From: an uncultured archaeon
Lineage (GTDB): Archaea > Asgardarchaeota > Lokiarchaeia > Sigyniarchaeales > SOKP01
Length of the DNA: 64,000 nt
Reading direction: 5' to 3'
NCBI GenBank assembly: GCA_964632315.1
Contig: CAZWEM010000005.1
Span: 67,672 to 131,671, forward strand
Part shown: piece by piece, positions 47,643 to 57,379 of the stretch
Layout of the letters: each line of letters begins with the position of its first letter
How positions within the stretch are numbered: the stretch's first letter is position 1
Notes under the pieces: generated by a model
Told to the model about the DNA's origin: nothing
Database searches by the model: none
What the model saw: only the letters and a program-made list of their open reading frames with translations
Position numbers and translations under genes: made by a program

Positions 47643-48485
47643 TTATTCATGAGGCAAAATCGTTATTAAAGTGAGGATTACAATTAAACCGACTATAAAG
47701 ATTAATGCTTGATATATTGATTTTTTTAAATCCTTCTGTTTTAGGAGTTCCGGCATCAATTCTGTGCTAGCAAGATATAAAAAGCCTCCGCCCGAAAATG
47801 CTAGGAAAAAGAAGTTAAAAGAGTCGAAGATTTCCGATAAGAAAAAGGCGAATACACCTCCCAACATTGCTACCATCGCACTTAGAAAATTAAACAGAAG
47901 TGCGTTTCTTTTTGAAAATCCCCCATAGAGAAGTATCCCAAAATCTCCAATCTCCTGGGGAAATTCATGAAATAAAACTGCTAAGGTCACTACAACACCG
48001 TTTCCAATACCACTTAGAAAAGCAACCATTATAACTACACCGTCTAAAAAGTTATGAAGTCCGTCTCCAATTAAGTTCAGTAAAGCGAAGTTCTTTATCA
48101 CTTTACCCTTTCCTAGAGATTTATCAATTGTTTCATCAAGATGATCATAGCATACTAGTTTATTTTCATTTTGATGAGCGTGTCCATGAAACCAGTAAAG
48201 AAAACGTTCAAGGATAAAGAAGACCACGTATCCCCCTACTACCATAGTAAATAATATGGTTTCGTTGAGGTTTGCACCTCCAGCATTTAATTCTTCAAGA
48301 TGGTGTAGAGCTTCGGGTATTAAATCAAATAAAGCAGTCGCAAGGATGGTACCAGTGGCGAAAGCGATTAATACAAAGAGAATTTTATCTAGCGTGTTAT
48401 CTTTTAGAGATATCATGAAGATACCCACCAAACTTAACATTCCAATAAAGAATATCATTAAAAAACCAAGTAATGCTTCCATCAT
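47643..48485 (-). CDS. ZIP family zinc/metal transporter
   Basis: DLIPEA, HGHAH loop, GDGLHNFLDG, HEFPQEIGDFG, GGFLYLA. Confidence 0.95.
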   Translation of the reverse strand: MMEALLGFLMIFFIGMLSLVGIFMISLKDNTLDKILFVLIAFATGTILATALFDLIPEALHHLEELNAGGANLNETILFTMVVGGYVVFFILERFLYWFHGHAHQNENKLVCYDHLDETIDKSLGKGKVIKNFALLNLIGDGLHNFLDGVVIMVAFLSGIGNGVVVTLAVLFHEFPQEIGDFGILLYGGFSKRNALLFNFLSAMVAMLGGVFAFFLSEIFDSFNFFFLAFSGGGFLYLASTELMPELLKQKDLKKSIYQALIFIVGLIVILTLITILPHE

Positions 48486-48586
48486 TGTACTATTTTTTAT
48501 TATGTTTACTCTAGGTACATTAATTTACTTACCCAATTAATAATTTTTCTTATTGAATCTTATGAAAAATTAAATTGATTCATTTT

Positions 48587-49063
48587 TTATTCATTTAATT
48601 TAACTAGATTCTGAGCTTTATTAGGATTTCTCATATCTAACAACTTAACTCCCACGCCATAAGTTGATATGATGTTTGAAGGGGTTATCTTAACCCAAAT
48701 GCTATCTTGAGGATATTCTACATCTTCGGAATATTTTAAAAATCGGGAAAATATTTTTCTTGCTTGAATATCATCATAAGGAAGTATTTCTGCTTTTCCC
48801 GAAAAATTAATTTCTGCAGGAGGGGCTGGAATGAGCTTGTGAAGAAAATTCTTTCTAAATGGAATAGTAACTGAAACAGTATTATTATGTCGAATAACCT
48901 TTGCTTTAATAGTATTCATCCCAGTTTGAAAAACTAAAACTTTACCATCACTTTGGTATACCACCACTGAGGAATGAGGATGATTTTTTTCATCTACGGT
49001 GGAAATTATCATCCACATGTTAGATTTGATGATTTTTATAACTTCTGCTTTAAGATCTTTCAT
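48587..49063 (-). CDS. Pyridoxamine 5'-phosphate oxidase-like FMN-binding split-barrel protein
   Basis: ISTVDEKNHPHS, KAKVIRHNNTVSV. Confidence 0.8.
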   Translation of the reverse strand: MKDLKAEVIKIIKSNMWMIISTVDEKNHPHSSVVVYQSDGKVLVFQTGMNTIKAKVIRHNNTVSVTIPFRKNFLHKLIPAPPAEINFSGKAEILPYDDIQARKIFSRFLKYSEDVEYPQDSIWVKITPSNIISTYGVGVKLLDMRNPNKAQNLVKLNE

Positions 49064-49081
49064 GATAAATCTCTTGCTTAG

Positions 49082-50236
49082 TTAAATCGATAGAGGATAG
49101 ACACCAATTTTTTTACCGGCATCAATCATCCATCTTAATCTCTCAACAGACATAGCAGGATGAAAATTTGCAGGACTTAGCATGAATCCACCCCCTTTAC
49201 CCGCAGCAGATATCACGTCTCTAACTGCTTCTTCAACTTCTTCTTTAGTAGCTTTAACTAAAATATATCGTGTATCAATATTTCCAGAAAGACATAATTT
49301 ATCTCCTACTTTTTGCTTAACATAGTAAGGGTCAACCAATGGAGGCTCTAGACACTGAAGCCCGTCAAAACCTGAATCTACTACAAAGTCTAGCAAGGAA
49401 GTTACATCTCCATCAGTGTGCAGCATGTATTTTCCACCCCATTCGTGAATTTGCTCTGATATTTCCTGATAACATGGCAACAAATATTTATCAAAATATT
49501 TGGGATGTATCATCGGTCCTCCCGAATGAGCGATGTCTCCTCCTTCAAGAAAAATTTTCGCACCCACATCACGATAGGCCTTAAAAACAGTTAAAGTATA
49601 GTCTGTACAAAATCTAAATCGCTCCTCGATTAATTTTGGGTCATTCTTCAAAGCTCTCACGAAATTAGTCATTCCCATACCCTGCCAGACAGGAGGAAAG
49701 ACAGAAGTTAATGCATTTTGAGCAAATATGCAAACATCATCTTTAATATCTCGTAATTTTCTCAAAACACCCTTATAAAATTTCTTAGCTTTTTTGTATT
49801 CTTCTTTTAAATCTGGTTTAGGGTAATTTTCCCAGTCCTCACGATTTTTAATATAGCCACCATAATAATCGGGATATGGATTTCCATCAATATTTCTTAC
49901 TTTATGTCGCTTTCCAAAAATATCAGTCATTTCTTCTCTACTTTCAAATATAAATGGAATGTATTGTATCCCGACTCCATCAAATCCTAATTCATATCCT
50001 GCTCTCACTGCTTTTGAGAATACACCGATCTCTATCTCATTAAGTATTTCATTGATTCTATTGATCCAATCTTGGGGATATTTTTCTTGTAGATCATCGA
50101 AGATATCAAAAGCGGATCTTTCTGGTTTTCCTAAGATCTGATCAGCAACATTTCCGTCTATATTAATGGTATGTATGGGAACTCTATCTGGTTCTTCAAG
50201 ATTTAAAGCCGCCCAGATTCTTTCAAAACTATTCAT
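49082..50236 (-). CDS. Uroporphyrinogen decarboxylase-like methyltransferase (MT2 family)
   Basis: MNSFERI...EEPDRVP, GMGM, LHTDG, LCLSGNID, GGGFMLS. Confidence 0.88.
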   Translation of the reverse strand: MNSFERIWAALNLEEPDRVPIHTINIDGNVADQILGKPERSAFDIFDDLQEKYPQDWINRINEILNEIEIGVFSKAVRAGYELGFDGVGIQYIPFIFESREEMTDIFGKRHKVRNIDGNPYPDYYGGYIKNREDWENYPKPDLKEEYKKAKKFYKGVLRKLRDIKDDVCIFAQNALTSVFPPVWQGMGMTNFVRALKNDPKLIEERFRFCTDYTLTVFKAYRDVGAKIFLEGGDIAHSGGPMIHPKYFDKYLLPCYQEISEQIHEWGGKYMLHTDGDVTSLLDFVVDSGFDGLQCLEPPLVDPYYVKQKVGDKLCLSGNIDTRYILVKATKEEVEEAVRDVISAAGKGGGFMLSPANFHPAMSVERLRWMIDAGKKIGVYPLSI

Positions 50237-50500
50237 TATATTCTTAAAAAATATATATTTTATTTAAGATTATCCAGTGAGATAGTCTTCTAACTATTTT
50301 AAATATGATAATAAAATTTTTCAAGATATAGTTCATAATTTCTAATTCTTTTTATTATAAAAATCAATTAAGATGGAATTTTGTATTAAAAAGACGTTTT
50401 TAATTATTAGACTTATTTGTAATTTTAATAAGACTTATATTTATGTCGGTACAAAGTATTATTTAATACTTACAAAATTGATAAGAGGAAAAATATTTTT

Positions 50501-51028
50501 ATGATGTCTAATGAGTCGGACATTGACGAGATTTTTACGGAATGGGAAGATAGGATTAATTTTTTGACAGACCACATTTCTGAATTAGAATCACAAATCT
50601 TATATTACCAAAATTTGGTGGCTGAAAAAGATATGAGAATTAATCAGTTAAAAGCTGAAAACATAACTTTAAAGGGTCAGAGTCAAGCTCAAGTTGTTCA
50701 GCAACCAAGTAAGAATAATCCTCCTCCAAACAATTATTCTCCTCCTCACAGAGTTCTACATCCTCCTCCCAGCTCGAACCCATCTCCCAACAGAACAATT
50801 CAAGCAGAAAAGCCTATTAAAAATCCCAAAGAAGTCAAAAAAACCATAATGGCTTCAGAAGTTAATATTTCTAATGAGAGTTCTTTGAGAAAAAGACAAT
50901 GCCCTCAATGTGGTGCTTTTGGTTTTGCAATAAAAGAGATGGATGATAAAAGTCGCATATTATGCTATAAGCCAATTAAGATATATGCTAAAAAGAGAGT
51001 CTGTACTAAGTGTAGATGCGAGTTTTAA
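50501..51028 (+). CDS. Coiled-coil / Pro-rich / zinc-ribbon protein
   Basis: N-terminal heptads, PPPNNYSPPHRVLHPPPSS, C-terminal CPQCG...DDKSRIL...KIYAKKRVCTKCRCEF. Confidence 0.8.
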   Translation: MMSNESDIDEIFTEWEDRINFLTDHISELESQILYYQNLVAEKDMRINQLKAENITLKGQSQAQVVQQPSKNNPPPNNYSPPHRVLHPPPSSNPSPNRTIQAEKPIKNPKEVKKTIMASEVNISNESSLRKRQCPQCGAFGFAIKEMDDKSRILCYKPIKIYAKKRVCTKCRCEF

Positions 51029-51126
51029 CTTGTTATTTACGTTTAGTTGTCTTCTACTTTAAAAGAAAAGAATTTAAGAAGATATTTGAGATGTAATAGT
51101 TAAAATTTAGAAAAAAATTTAATCCT

Positions 51127-52092
51127 TTATAAGAAGATCGCATAAAATGTAAATATCACAATGTCTGGGAGAAAATGAATGAACCATGCCCAAAAGAACC
51201 CTTTTGTTTCTAATAAACTCTTGCCTAAGAACCATCCTAAAAATGCAGAAAGTGCAACTCCAATAATACCGTTTGGAACTCCATAATAGTGTCCCATTCC
51301 AAAGTAAAGAGTTGTAATAAGTAATCCTTGTTTCTTACCAATCCCCTTCCATAATTCAGAAAGTGGAGCGGCTCGTAGCGTAAATTCTTCATTAAAAGCA
51401 TTTATAGCAGCAATTAAAATCGATACAGGAATTAATGGGATTGCCTGGACAAATTGAGATATCGTGGGAGGATTTGTACCTAGTAGAAATATTAAAGTTC
51501 CGGCAGTAAAAATTGCTGCGAAGATTAAACCTATTTTAGGCCACGGTTCAGGTTTTTTCATTCCAATGAGTATCGACGGTTCAACCAAAGCATTGATATC
51601 TCCCTTTACTAAAAAAAAGTCTGTTCGTTTCCGTTTGATTAGAAGCAAATATAATAAGACCACAATTGCGGGAGTTAATCTTAATAGATGGATAAAAATC
51701 GATGATAAAGCCCATGGCAAACTCTCAGTCCAACTAATCCAAGTTGGTAATTCTCGAATGAAAGGAATTAAACCAAATTGCCATCCGCCTCCGAACCCTA
51801 ATAAGAAAATTATTAGTAAGATGATCATAAAGTTCCTTATTGGTTTAAGCCTTTTAATCAAAAATCCACTAACCACTAATACTAACAAAGAGATTAGGAT
51901 GATAAGTGGCCACCAAAATGGTTCACCCGAACTAAGTTCTCTCCAAAGAATTATGGATAATGAACTTGGAATCAACATTGCAATCCAAGCAATTATTACC
52001 AATACTTGGTCGGGGGATTGCTTTAAATAATTCTTTTGTTGATCATTTTCGGTAAAGGTTTGATTCTTTTCCTCATCATTACTTTGCATCAA
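51127..52092 (-). CDS. CPBP (CAAX protease/Abi) family intramembrane glutamic peptidase
   Basis: NEEFTLR (EExxxR), FGMGH, IHFLPD; multiple TM helices. Confidence 0.9.
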   Translation of the reverse strand: MMQSNDEEKNQTFTENDQQKNYLKQSPDQVLVIIAWIAMLIPSSLSIILWRELSSGEPFWWPLIILISLLVLVVSGFLIKRLKPIRNFMIILLIIFLLGFGGGWQFGLIPFIRELPTWISWTESLPWALSSIFIHLLRLTPAIVVLLYLLLIKRKRTDFFLVKGDINALVEPSILIGMKKPEPWPKIGLIFAAIFTAGTLIFLLGTNPPTISQFVQAIPLIPVSILIAAINAFNEEFTLRAAPLSELWKGIGKKQGLLITTLYFGMGHYYGVPNGIIGVALSAFLGWFLGKSLLETKGFFWAWFIHFLPDIVIFTFYAIFL

Positions 52093-52279
52093 ATTTCACC
52101 ATAAACTGATTTTATCAGTATTTATTTTTAACTTACTGGAGTAATCAAAGTGATTTAAATCAAAGGATAAAAAAACCTTTTCGATCTTTGAATAACATTT
52201 AATTTTACATTTTTCATCACTCTTTTACCTTCATTGATATAGACTAAAATAAAATAAAGTAGTGAAGATTTGAATATCT

Positions 52280-52906
52280 ATGATTAAAATTTGGGAATCT
52301 ATTGATTTATATCAGTTAAAAAAGTCAGACATAAAACTTGCTGAAAAAGTCATGGCTAAAGCTTACTATGAAGCTGAAAAAGAATTTCAATTTAAAAAAG
52401 CACCCAAGAATCTAAAATTTCTTGAAAAACTCATGCATACTACACTCAAATACACTATTAACCATGGTCGTGTTTTTGCATCTTCTCCCAATTTAGAAGG
52501 TATTGCGGCATGGCTTTCAAGTGATAAAATCTATATTTCTGATTGGCAATATATTAGAAGCGGGATTTTAATACCGATTCTCATGGCTGGGCGAAGTTGG
52601 TTGAAGAAAATGAGAGTATATGATGAGGTATGTAAGAATAAGCATCGAGAACATGCTAATTTCCCTCATTTATATCTATACAATCTTGCGGTTCATCCTG
52701 AACAGCAGAAAAAAGGTCACGCAAGCAAATTACTTAACCCAGTCTTGAGTATTCTCGATCAGTTTGGATTAGCTTGCTATTTAGAAACAAATGAACAAAA
52801 CATTCCCCTTTACGAGCATTTTGGATTTCAAGTTGTTGATCAAGTGTTTCTAAGTGAGTTTGATTCAAAAGCATATTTTATGCTAAGGAGGGTCACACGA
52901 AGGTGA
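52280..52906 (+). CDS. GNAT N-acetyltransferase
   Basis: LAVHPEQQKKGHASKLL, CYLET, NIPLYEHFGF. Confidence 0.9.
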   Translation: MIKIWESIDLYQLKKSDIKLAEKVMAKAYYEAEKEFQFKKAPKNLKFLEKLMHTTLKYTINHGRVFASSPNLEGIAAWLSSDKIYISDWQYIRSGILIPILMAGRSWLKKMRVYDEVCKNKHREHANFPHLYLYNLAVHPEQQKKGHASKLLNPVLSILDQFGLACYLETNEQNIPLYEHFGFQVVDQVFLSEFDSKAYFMLRRVTRR

Positions 52907-52949
52907 GACATTCTTCTCGAAAAAATTCATTTTTTTATAGTTAAATAAG

Positions 52950-53798
52950 TTATAATTCTCGAATATTATTTAACAAATCTGCAGCTTCTTGAAGTTTTGA
53001 CCATAACATAAGATTTACTTCTTCCTGTTCAGTATCTTTCAAATTATTAAGCTTGAGTAGTTCTAAAGATGTATTAATTGCTTGTAAAACATTTCCAAGA
53101 TTATGAGAATATTTATCTTTCAAAACTCGCTTTTCAGTTTTGGTTATCCTATACTCGATATGAACTGTTATAAGAACGAACACCATGGTTATTACCAAAA
53201 GGTAACCATAATGCAATCCGATTATCAGAACATCATTCACATTATATAATCCGTAGCCATAACCATTAATGACCTCAAAAATTCCTAATGGAATGTATCC
53301 TATTCCACACGCAATTAAGATGAAGAACATGTACCAAGTTATTTTATCTACAAGTTTATAGAATGATTTCCATTTTAAGATTGGAGATATAATAATTAAC
53401 AGCCATAAAAGATTGAAAAAAAGGGTTAGAATTGAAGTAGTAAGTTCTGCTCCTAAAATAATGAAAATTAAATGACAGATAATAAGTATTAATATCGTGA
53501 TAACGATGATAGCTTTTCCTCTTCCTTCATAATCAATAAAATAAGAAGTAATATTATAACCTAAAAATAAAATACCAAGGATCCCAAACAAAAGATTATA
53601 AAATAATAATAATTCATAAATGACTGAAAAACTCGTCAAGAGAGGTAGGATTGAGGCTATTGACCATAATATCCATCCAATGAAGCCCACTTTAAATTTA
53701 AAATCCTTAGTCTTAAAATAGAAATCCAAGGAAAACCAAAATCCTAAGGAACGTATGATTGCTAAAAGAATTAGAGTAAAAATTATAAGAACATTCAT
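52950..53798 (-). CDS. Multi-TM membrane protein ending in a HisKA-like helical hairpin, no ATPase domain
   Basis: About 7 TM helices, then DKYSHNLGNVLQAINTSLELL...LQEAADLLNNIREL*. Confidence 0.65.
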   Translation of the reverse strand: MNVLIIFTLILLAIIRSLGFWFSLDFYFKTKDFKFKVGFIGWILWSIASILPLLTSFSVIYELLLFYNLLFGILGILFLGYNITSYFIDYEGRGKAIIVITILILIICHLIFIILGAELTTSILTLFFNLLWLLIIISPILKWKSFYKLVDKITWYMFFILIACGIGYIPLGIFEVINGYGYGLYNVNDVLIIGLHYGYLLVITMVFVLITVHIEYRITKTEKRVLKDKYSHNLGNVLQAINTSLELLKLNNLKDTEQEEVNLMLWSKLQEAADLLNNIREL

Positions 53799-53914
53799 TT
53801 TATAAAACCAATTGGATAGATATTAAGGATACGATTATTGACAATTTTTTTTAATTAAAAAATAAATTTTTATTGTATTAAAATTGTAGGTTAAAAAAAA
53901 GATAAAAAAAATGA

Positions 53915-54784
53915 TTAAAACTTTCTCTTTCGAATATATATCCCTATTGTAATTACGACAATGGATATACCGGCAATGCTCAGAGAGATCCCTAAAATAG
54001 GAGTATCAATTTCTTCTTCAGGGATAAACACAGTAAAACTAGTAAGCTCAGAAGTTTCAGCAGTTAAATATCCATCTTCAATTGTTGTTGGTAAAGTAAA
54101 CCATTCATTTTGAGATTGATCATAATAAGCCCATTCTCCATCTCGATTTTGATTTGTGATCTTTAGTCGTAATCTTGCCTTTAAAAAAGCTTGATCGCAT
54201 GATCCATCACAAATACAATCACAATTTGGATCGCAAGTACATTGACAGTCACAATTTTGGCAGTCACAACTGCAATTTTTAAGACAATCACATTGACAGT
54301 CGCATACCTCATCGTTGATACAAGTACAATTAGCTTTGCATTGACAATCACCATTAGGATCTGCATAGAGAGATAAACAAAATCCTTCTAAGTATCGGTA
54401 TGTATTACGATTTCTCATATGATGTATGCTCCCATTTAACAATCCCAACTGTTGTTCTTCTCTTGTACAATTCATGAACATTTGTAGATCGTCATCGCCA
54501 ATAACCTCTATTATAAGATTATTGTCTTGGATCTTCAAAGCTTCACAAGAGATTTGCAAATCTAGCTCAACATTTGTACATATCATTAATTTTGTTTTGT
54601 TATGAAAGCATAGCATTATTTGATCATTTGTACTTAGATGAGTTTGGACAGAATCTCCTTCTACTGCAATTTCTTCATTTGTTCCAAAAGCATTTACATT
54701 AATTGAACCAACTAAGGAAACGATCATAATGGATAAGAACAATGCTAAAAATATTTTTAATGAGTTCTGTTTCATAAAATTCAC
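53915..54784 (-). CDS. Exported, C-terminally anchored protein with a metallothionein-like Cys-rich insert
   Basis: Signal peptide, C-terminal TM followed by RKRKF, and 19 Cys in 50 aa (54197-54346). Confidence 0.78.
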   Translation of the reverse strand: MNFMKQNSLKIFLALFLSIMIVSLVGSINVNAFGTNEEIAVEGDSVQTHLSTNDQIMLCFHNKTKLMICTNVELDLQISCEALKIQDNNLIIEVIGDDDLQMFMNCTREEQQLGLLNGSIHHMRNRNTYRYLEGFCLSLYADPNGDCQCKANCTCINDEVCDCQCDCLKNCSCDCQNCDCQCTCDPNCDCICDGSCDQAFLKARLRLKITNQNRDGEWAYYDQSQNEWFTLPTTIEDGYLTAETSELTSFTVFIPEEEIDTPILGISLSIAGISIVVITIGIYIRKRKF

Positions 54785-54936
54785 TTAATAGGTTGTTATT
54801 AAGATCTTAGAAAATCAAATAAAAAGGATTAAGGTGCAGTTTTTCCCAATACATAAAAAGGATTTATTTATGCGAATTTTTATTCATAACTCGTAATTAA
54901 ATGACCTTGACAAAATTTCAGAAAATAAAATGAAGA

Positions 54937-57162
54937 TTATAAGTTGAGTTTGTTCCTCCAAAAATTTATGCGGTTTAGAAATCCTTGTTTATCAGAAAGA
55001 GAAATCAATCCAGGAATCTGATTTAAATCTGTAATCGTGTTCGCAATTGGGCTTAGGATGCTCACATATCCTATTTCCTCCTGAATTCTGTTTCTTAGAT
55101 TATTTAAGAACTCCGCTAATTCTTGACCTGTTTTTTTATCTAAATTTTCAATCAAGAAGTTAAATAGCTCTCCAATTGATTGCCCCGTTGACGTAGGATG
55201 AGGAGTGGGATTAGAAGCAATATCGGGAGGTGTTTGTTGAGACGGAAATTGAGTTTGCATGCTTGAAATTTGATCTAGATCCGGAGCTTTAACTTGAATT
55301 TCATCAATTTTAGGTGGGATTACTGGTTTATTGTTTAGATTACTCGTTGGGATTGTTTGAGAATTTGGTTGATGTCTAACATTTCCAGATATTGAATTAA
55401 GTTGATTAATTTCAGGTGCTGACTGACGATTCATAACTGGCTGAGTTTTTTGTACATATGAAGAACGCATTGCTGGCATTACCGTTTTTTGTGCGCTAAC
55501 CCATGCATCTTCAAGAACAGGTACAAAAATTTTTATGTGTTGTTGAACAATGCTTCCAATGCCTCCTAATTCCATCCCCGCTTCTTCTCCAGTTTCACTT
55601 TGAGATATAATACATAAAATTACTTCTTCGTGATCTCTGTTAATTCCAAACAAATCGTGTGCCTCTCGATTTCGATAAGATATGTTTTGCATTCCATCTA
55701 ATTGTTGTAAGATATCAACATGCTCTGAATTATCCATGTCAATATGGGTTGCAATTCTTATATTCACGTGTTTTGGTAAAGATTGAAGAAGGGAAACATT
55801 TATTTCTGAAAGATCAGGTGCAACAATCAATAATCTCATTTTAGTTTTAGCGATCTCTTCATAGATATGAGCTCTTGCGCCTTCAAGAGAGCGAATGAAC
55901 CAGATGTCTTTCATTGACATAATACTCTTTTTCTTTGCTTGATCCCAAAATTCTCTGGTTGTTACTTGACTGATTTCTAAGCGATTAAGAATATTTAATA
56001 ATTCCTCATTCAAAGTATTCACGACTCTCGTGGAAAATATGTTTCTTAAATCACCAAAAGATTGTAAAATTTGATCAGAAATACCCTTGACTTTTTCTTC
56101 AGCATGTGAAACGTTTTTACTAAACAATTCAGTAATATTTGAAAATGTTTCTTCTAAATTTTCCCCAGTTTTAAGTGATGATCCAGTAATCTCATTGATA
56201 TTTGTAGTGATTTCACTCATTATAGTTCTAATTTTTGAAATAAGTTTGGTATTAAACCCATCGACTATCATCTGCATTCTAGCATTAAGTACATTATCGA
56301 TAATTTGATGGACTGTTTTACTGATAACTCCTAAATGAAGTTCTTTAAGATTATTACCAATAAGGACTTTCATCTCTTCAAATTGTTTCTCGATATCCTC
56401 TACTTGTTCATCAATTATTACTTTAGTATCATTTTCTAAGTTAGAAATTACATCATTGATATTTCTTATCTGACCGATAACTTTAATCGCTTTATCCACT
56501 TCGACCTTCTGAAGGTCCATCTGTTGGTCAATTCTATCTTTTAATTTCCTAATAAAATCCGTGTATTCATTTAATTCATTTATCCCTTTACTTTTTGCTT
56601 CCAACTGAGAAAATGATTCATTTAATTGAGCTGGAGCTTGTTCTTGAATTCCCTTTATATATTCATTGAAATTAGATAACTGTTTCATTAAAGCCGCATA
56701 CGGTGGTAAGGGCGCATAATGCGGAGTGGCTCCCACTATCTCTTTATATAAGCCTTTTTCCACGAACTTATCAGCAATTTCTTTACATTCTTCTTTTTCT
56801 TTCCCTATTAGTAACGATATTTCTCCTAACGATACTGCATCCCTTCCCGTAGTTAAAAAATATAATTCTATTTCTTCTTCGTTTAATTGAATATCGCTTA
56901 AAACTTGATAAGTTAATTCTTTTGAATAAGATACATCCTTATCAATTATATCCTCAATATTAAATTCTTGCAGCTCTAGATTTTTATCTAAAGAGATAAT
57001 TAATTTGTGAGGAGGATTTCCATGTGTTGATTCTTTTACTAATGGGAACTGGGTAGTATTTTGATATTCTGCGAGGGTTACTATAAATTTTACATCTTCG
57101 AAACACAACTTGCATTTAATTGAAATTTCTTTTTCATTTTTACCTTGAAATAGAAAAGCCAT
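54937..57162 (-). CDS. Large TrmB-like protein: winged helix + long coiled coil + TrmB/PLD-like domain
   Basis: LNEEEIELY...SLGEISLL...KGLYKEIVGATPHYAPLPP; about 250 aa of heptads; IWFIRSLEG...MRLLIVAP. Confidence 0.7.
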   Translation of the reverse strand: MAFLFQGKNEKEISIKCKLCFEDVKFIVTLAEYQNTTQFPLVKESTHGNPPHKLIISLDKNLELQEFNIEDIIDKDVSYSKELTYQVLSDIQLNEEEIELYFLTTGRDAVSLGEISLLIGKEKEECKEIADKFVEKGLYKEIVGATPHYAPLPPYAALMKQLSNFNEYIKGIQEQAPAQLNESFSQLEAKSKGINELNEYTDFIRKLKDRIDQQMDLQKVEVDKAIKVIGQIRNINDVISNLENDTKVIIDEQVEDIEKQFEEMKVLIGNNLKELHLGVISKTVHQIIDNVLNARMQMIVDGFNTKLISKIRTIMSEITTNINEITGSSLKTGENLEETFSNITELFSKNVSHAEEKVKGISDQILQSFGDLRNIFSTRVVNTLNEELLNILNRLEISQVTTREFWDQAKKKSIMSMKDIWFIRSLEGARAHIYEEIAKTKMRLLIVAPDLSEINVSLLQSLPKHVNIRIATHIDMDNSEHVDILQQLDGMQNISYRNREAHDLFGINRDHEEVILCIISQSETGEEAGMELGGIGSIVQQHIKIFVPVLEDAWVSAQKTVMPAMRSSYVQKTQPVMNRQSAPEINQLNSISGNVRHQPNSQTIPTSNLNNKPVIPPKIDEIQVKAPDLDQISSMQTQFPSQQTPPDIASNPTPHPTSTGQSIGELFNFLIENLDKKTGQELAEFLNNLRNRIQEEIGYVSILSPIANTITDLNQIPGLISLSDKQGFLNRINFWRNKLNL

Positions 57163-57379
57163 CTGATCAATTCATCTCGTTCTATTTTTATTGGTTTTAT
57201 TTTTAATTTTTATAGCTTTATTAAATGATAGTAGAACTCTTAAATAAAATTATTTTAAATTTTAGATAAACATGGTTGAACTAATATTTTTGTAAACTAA
57301 GATTTTAATAGAAGTTCTTTGATACTTTATCTAATTATCTATTTTCATTAAATAAAAAATAACTTTCTTGTGAAGAAGA

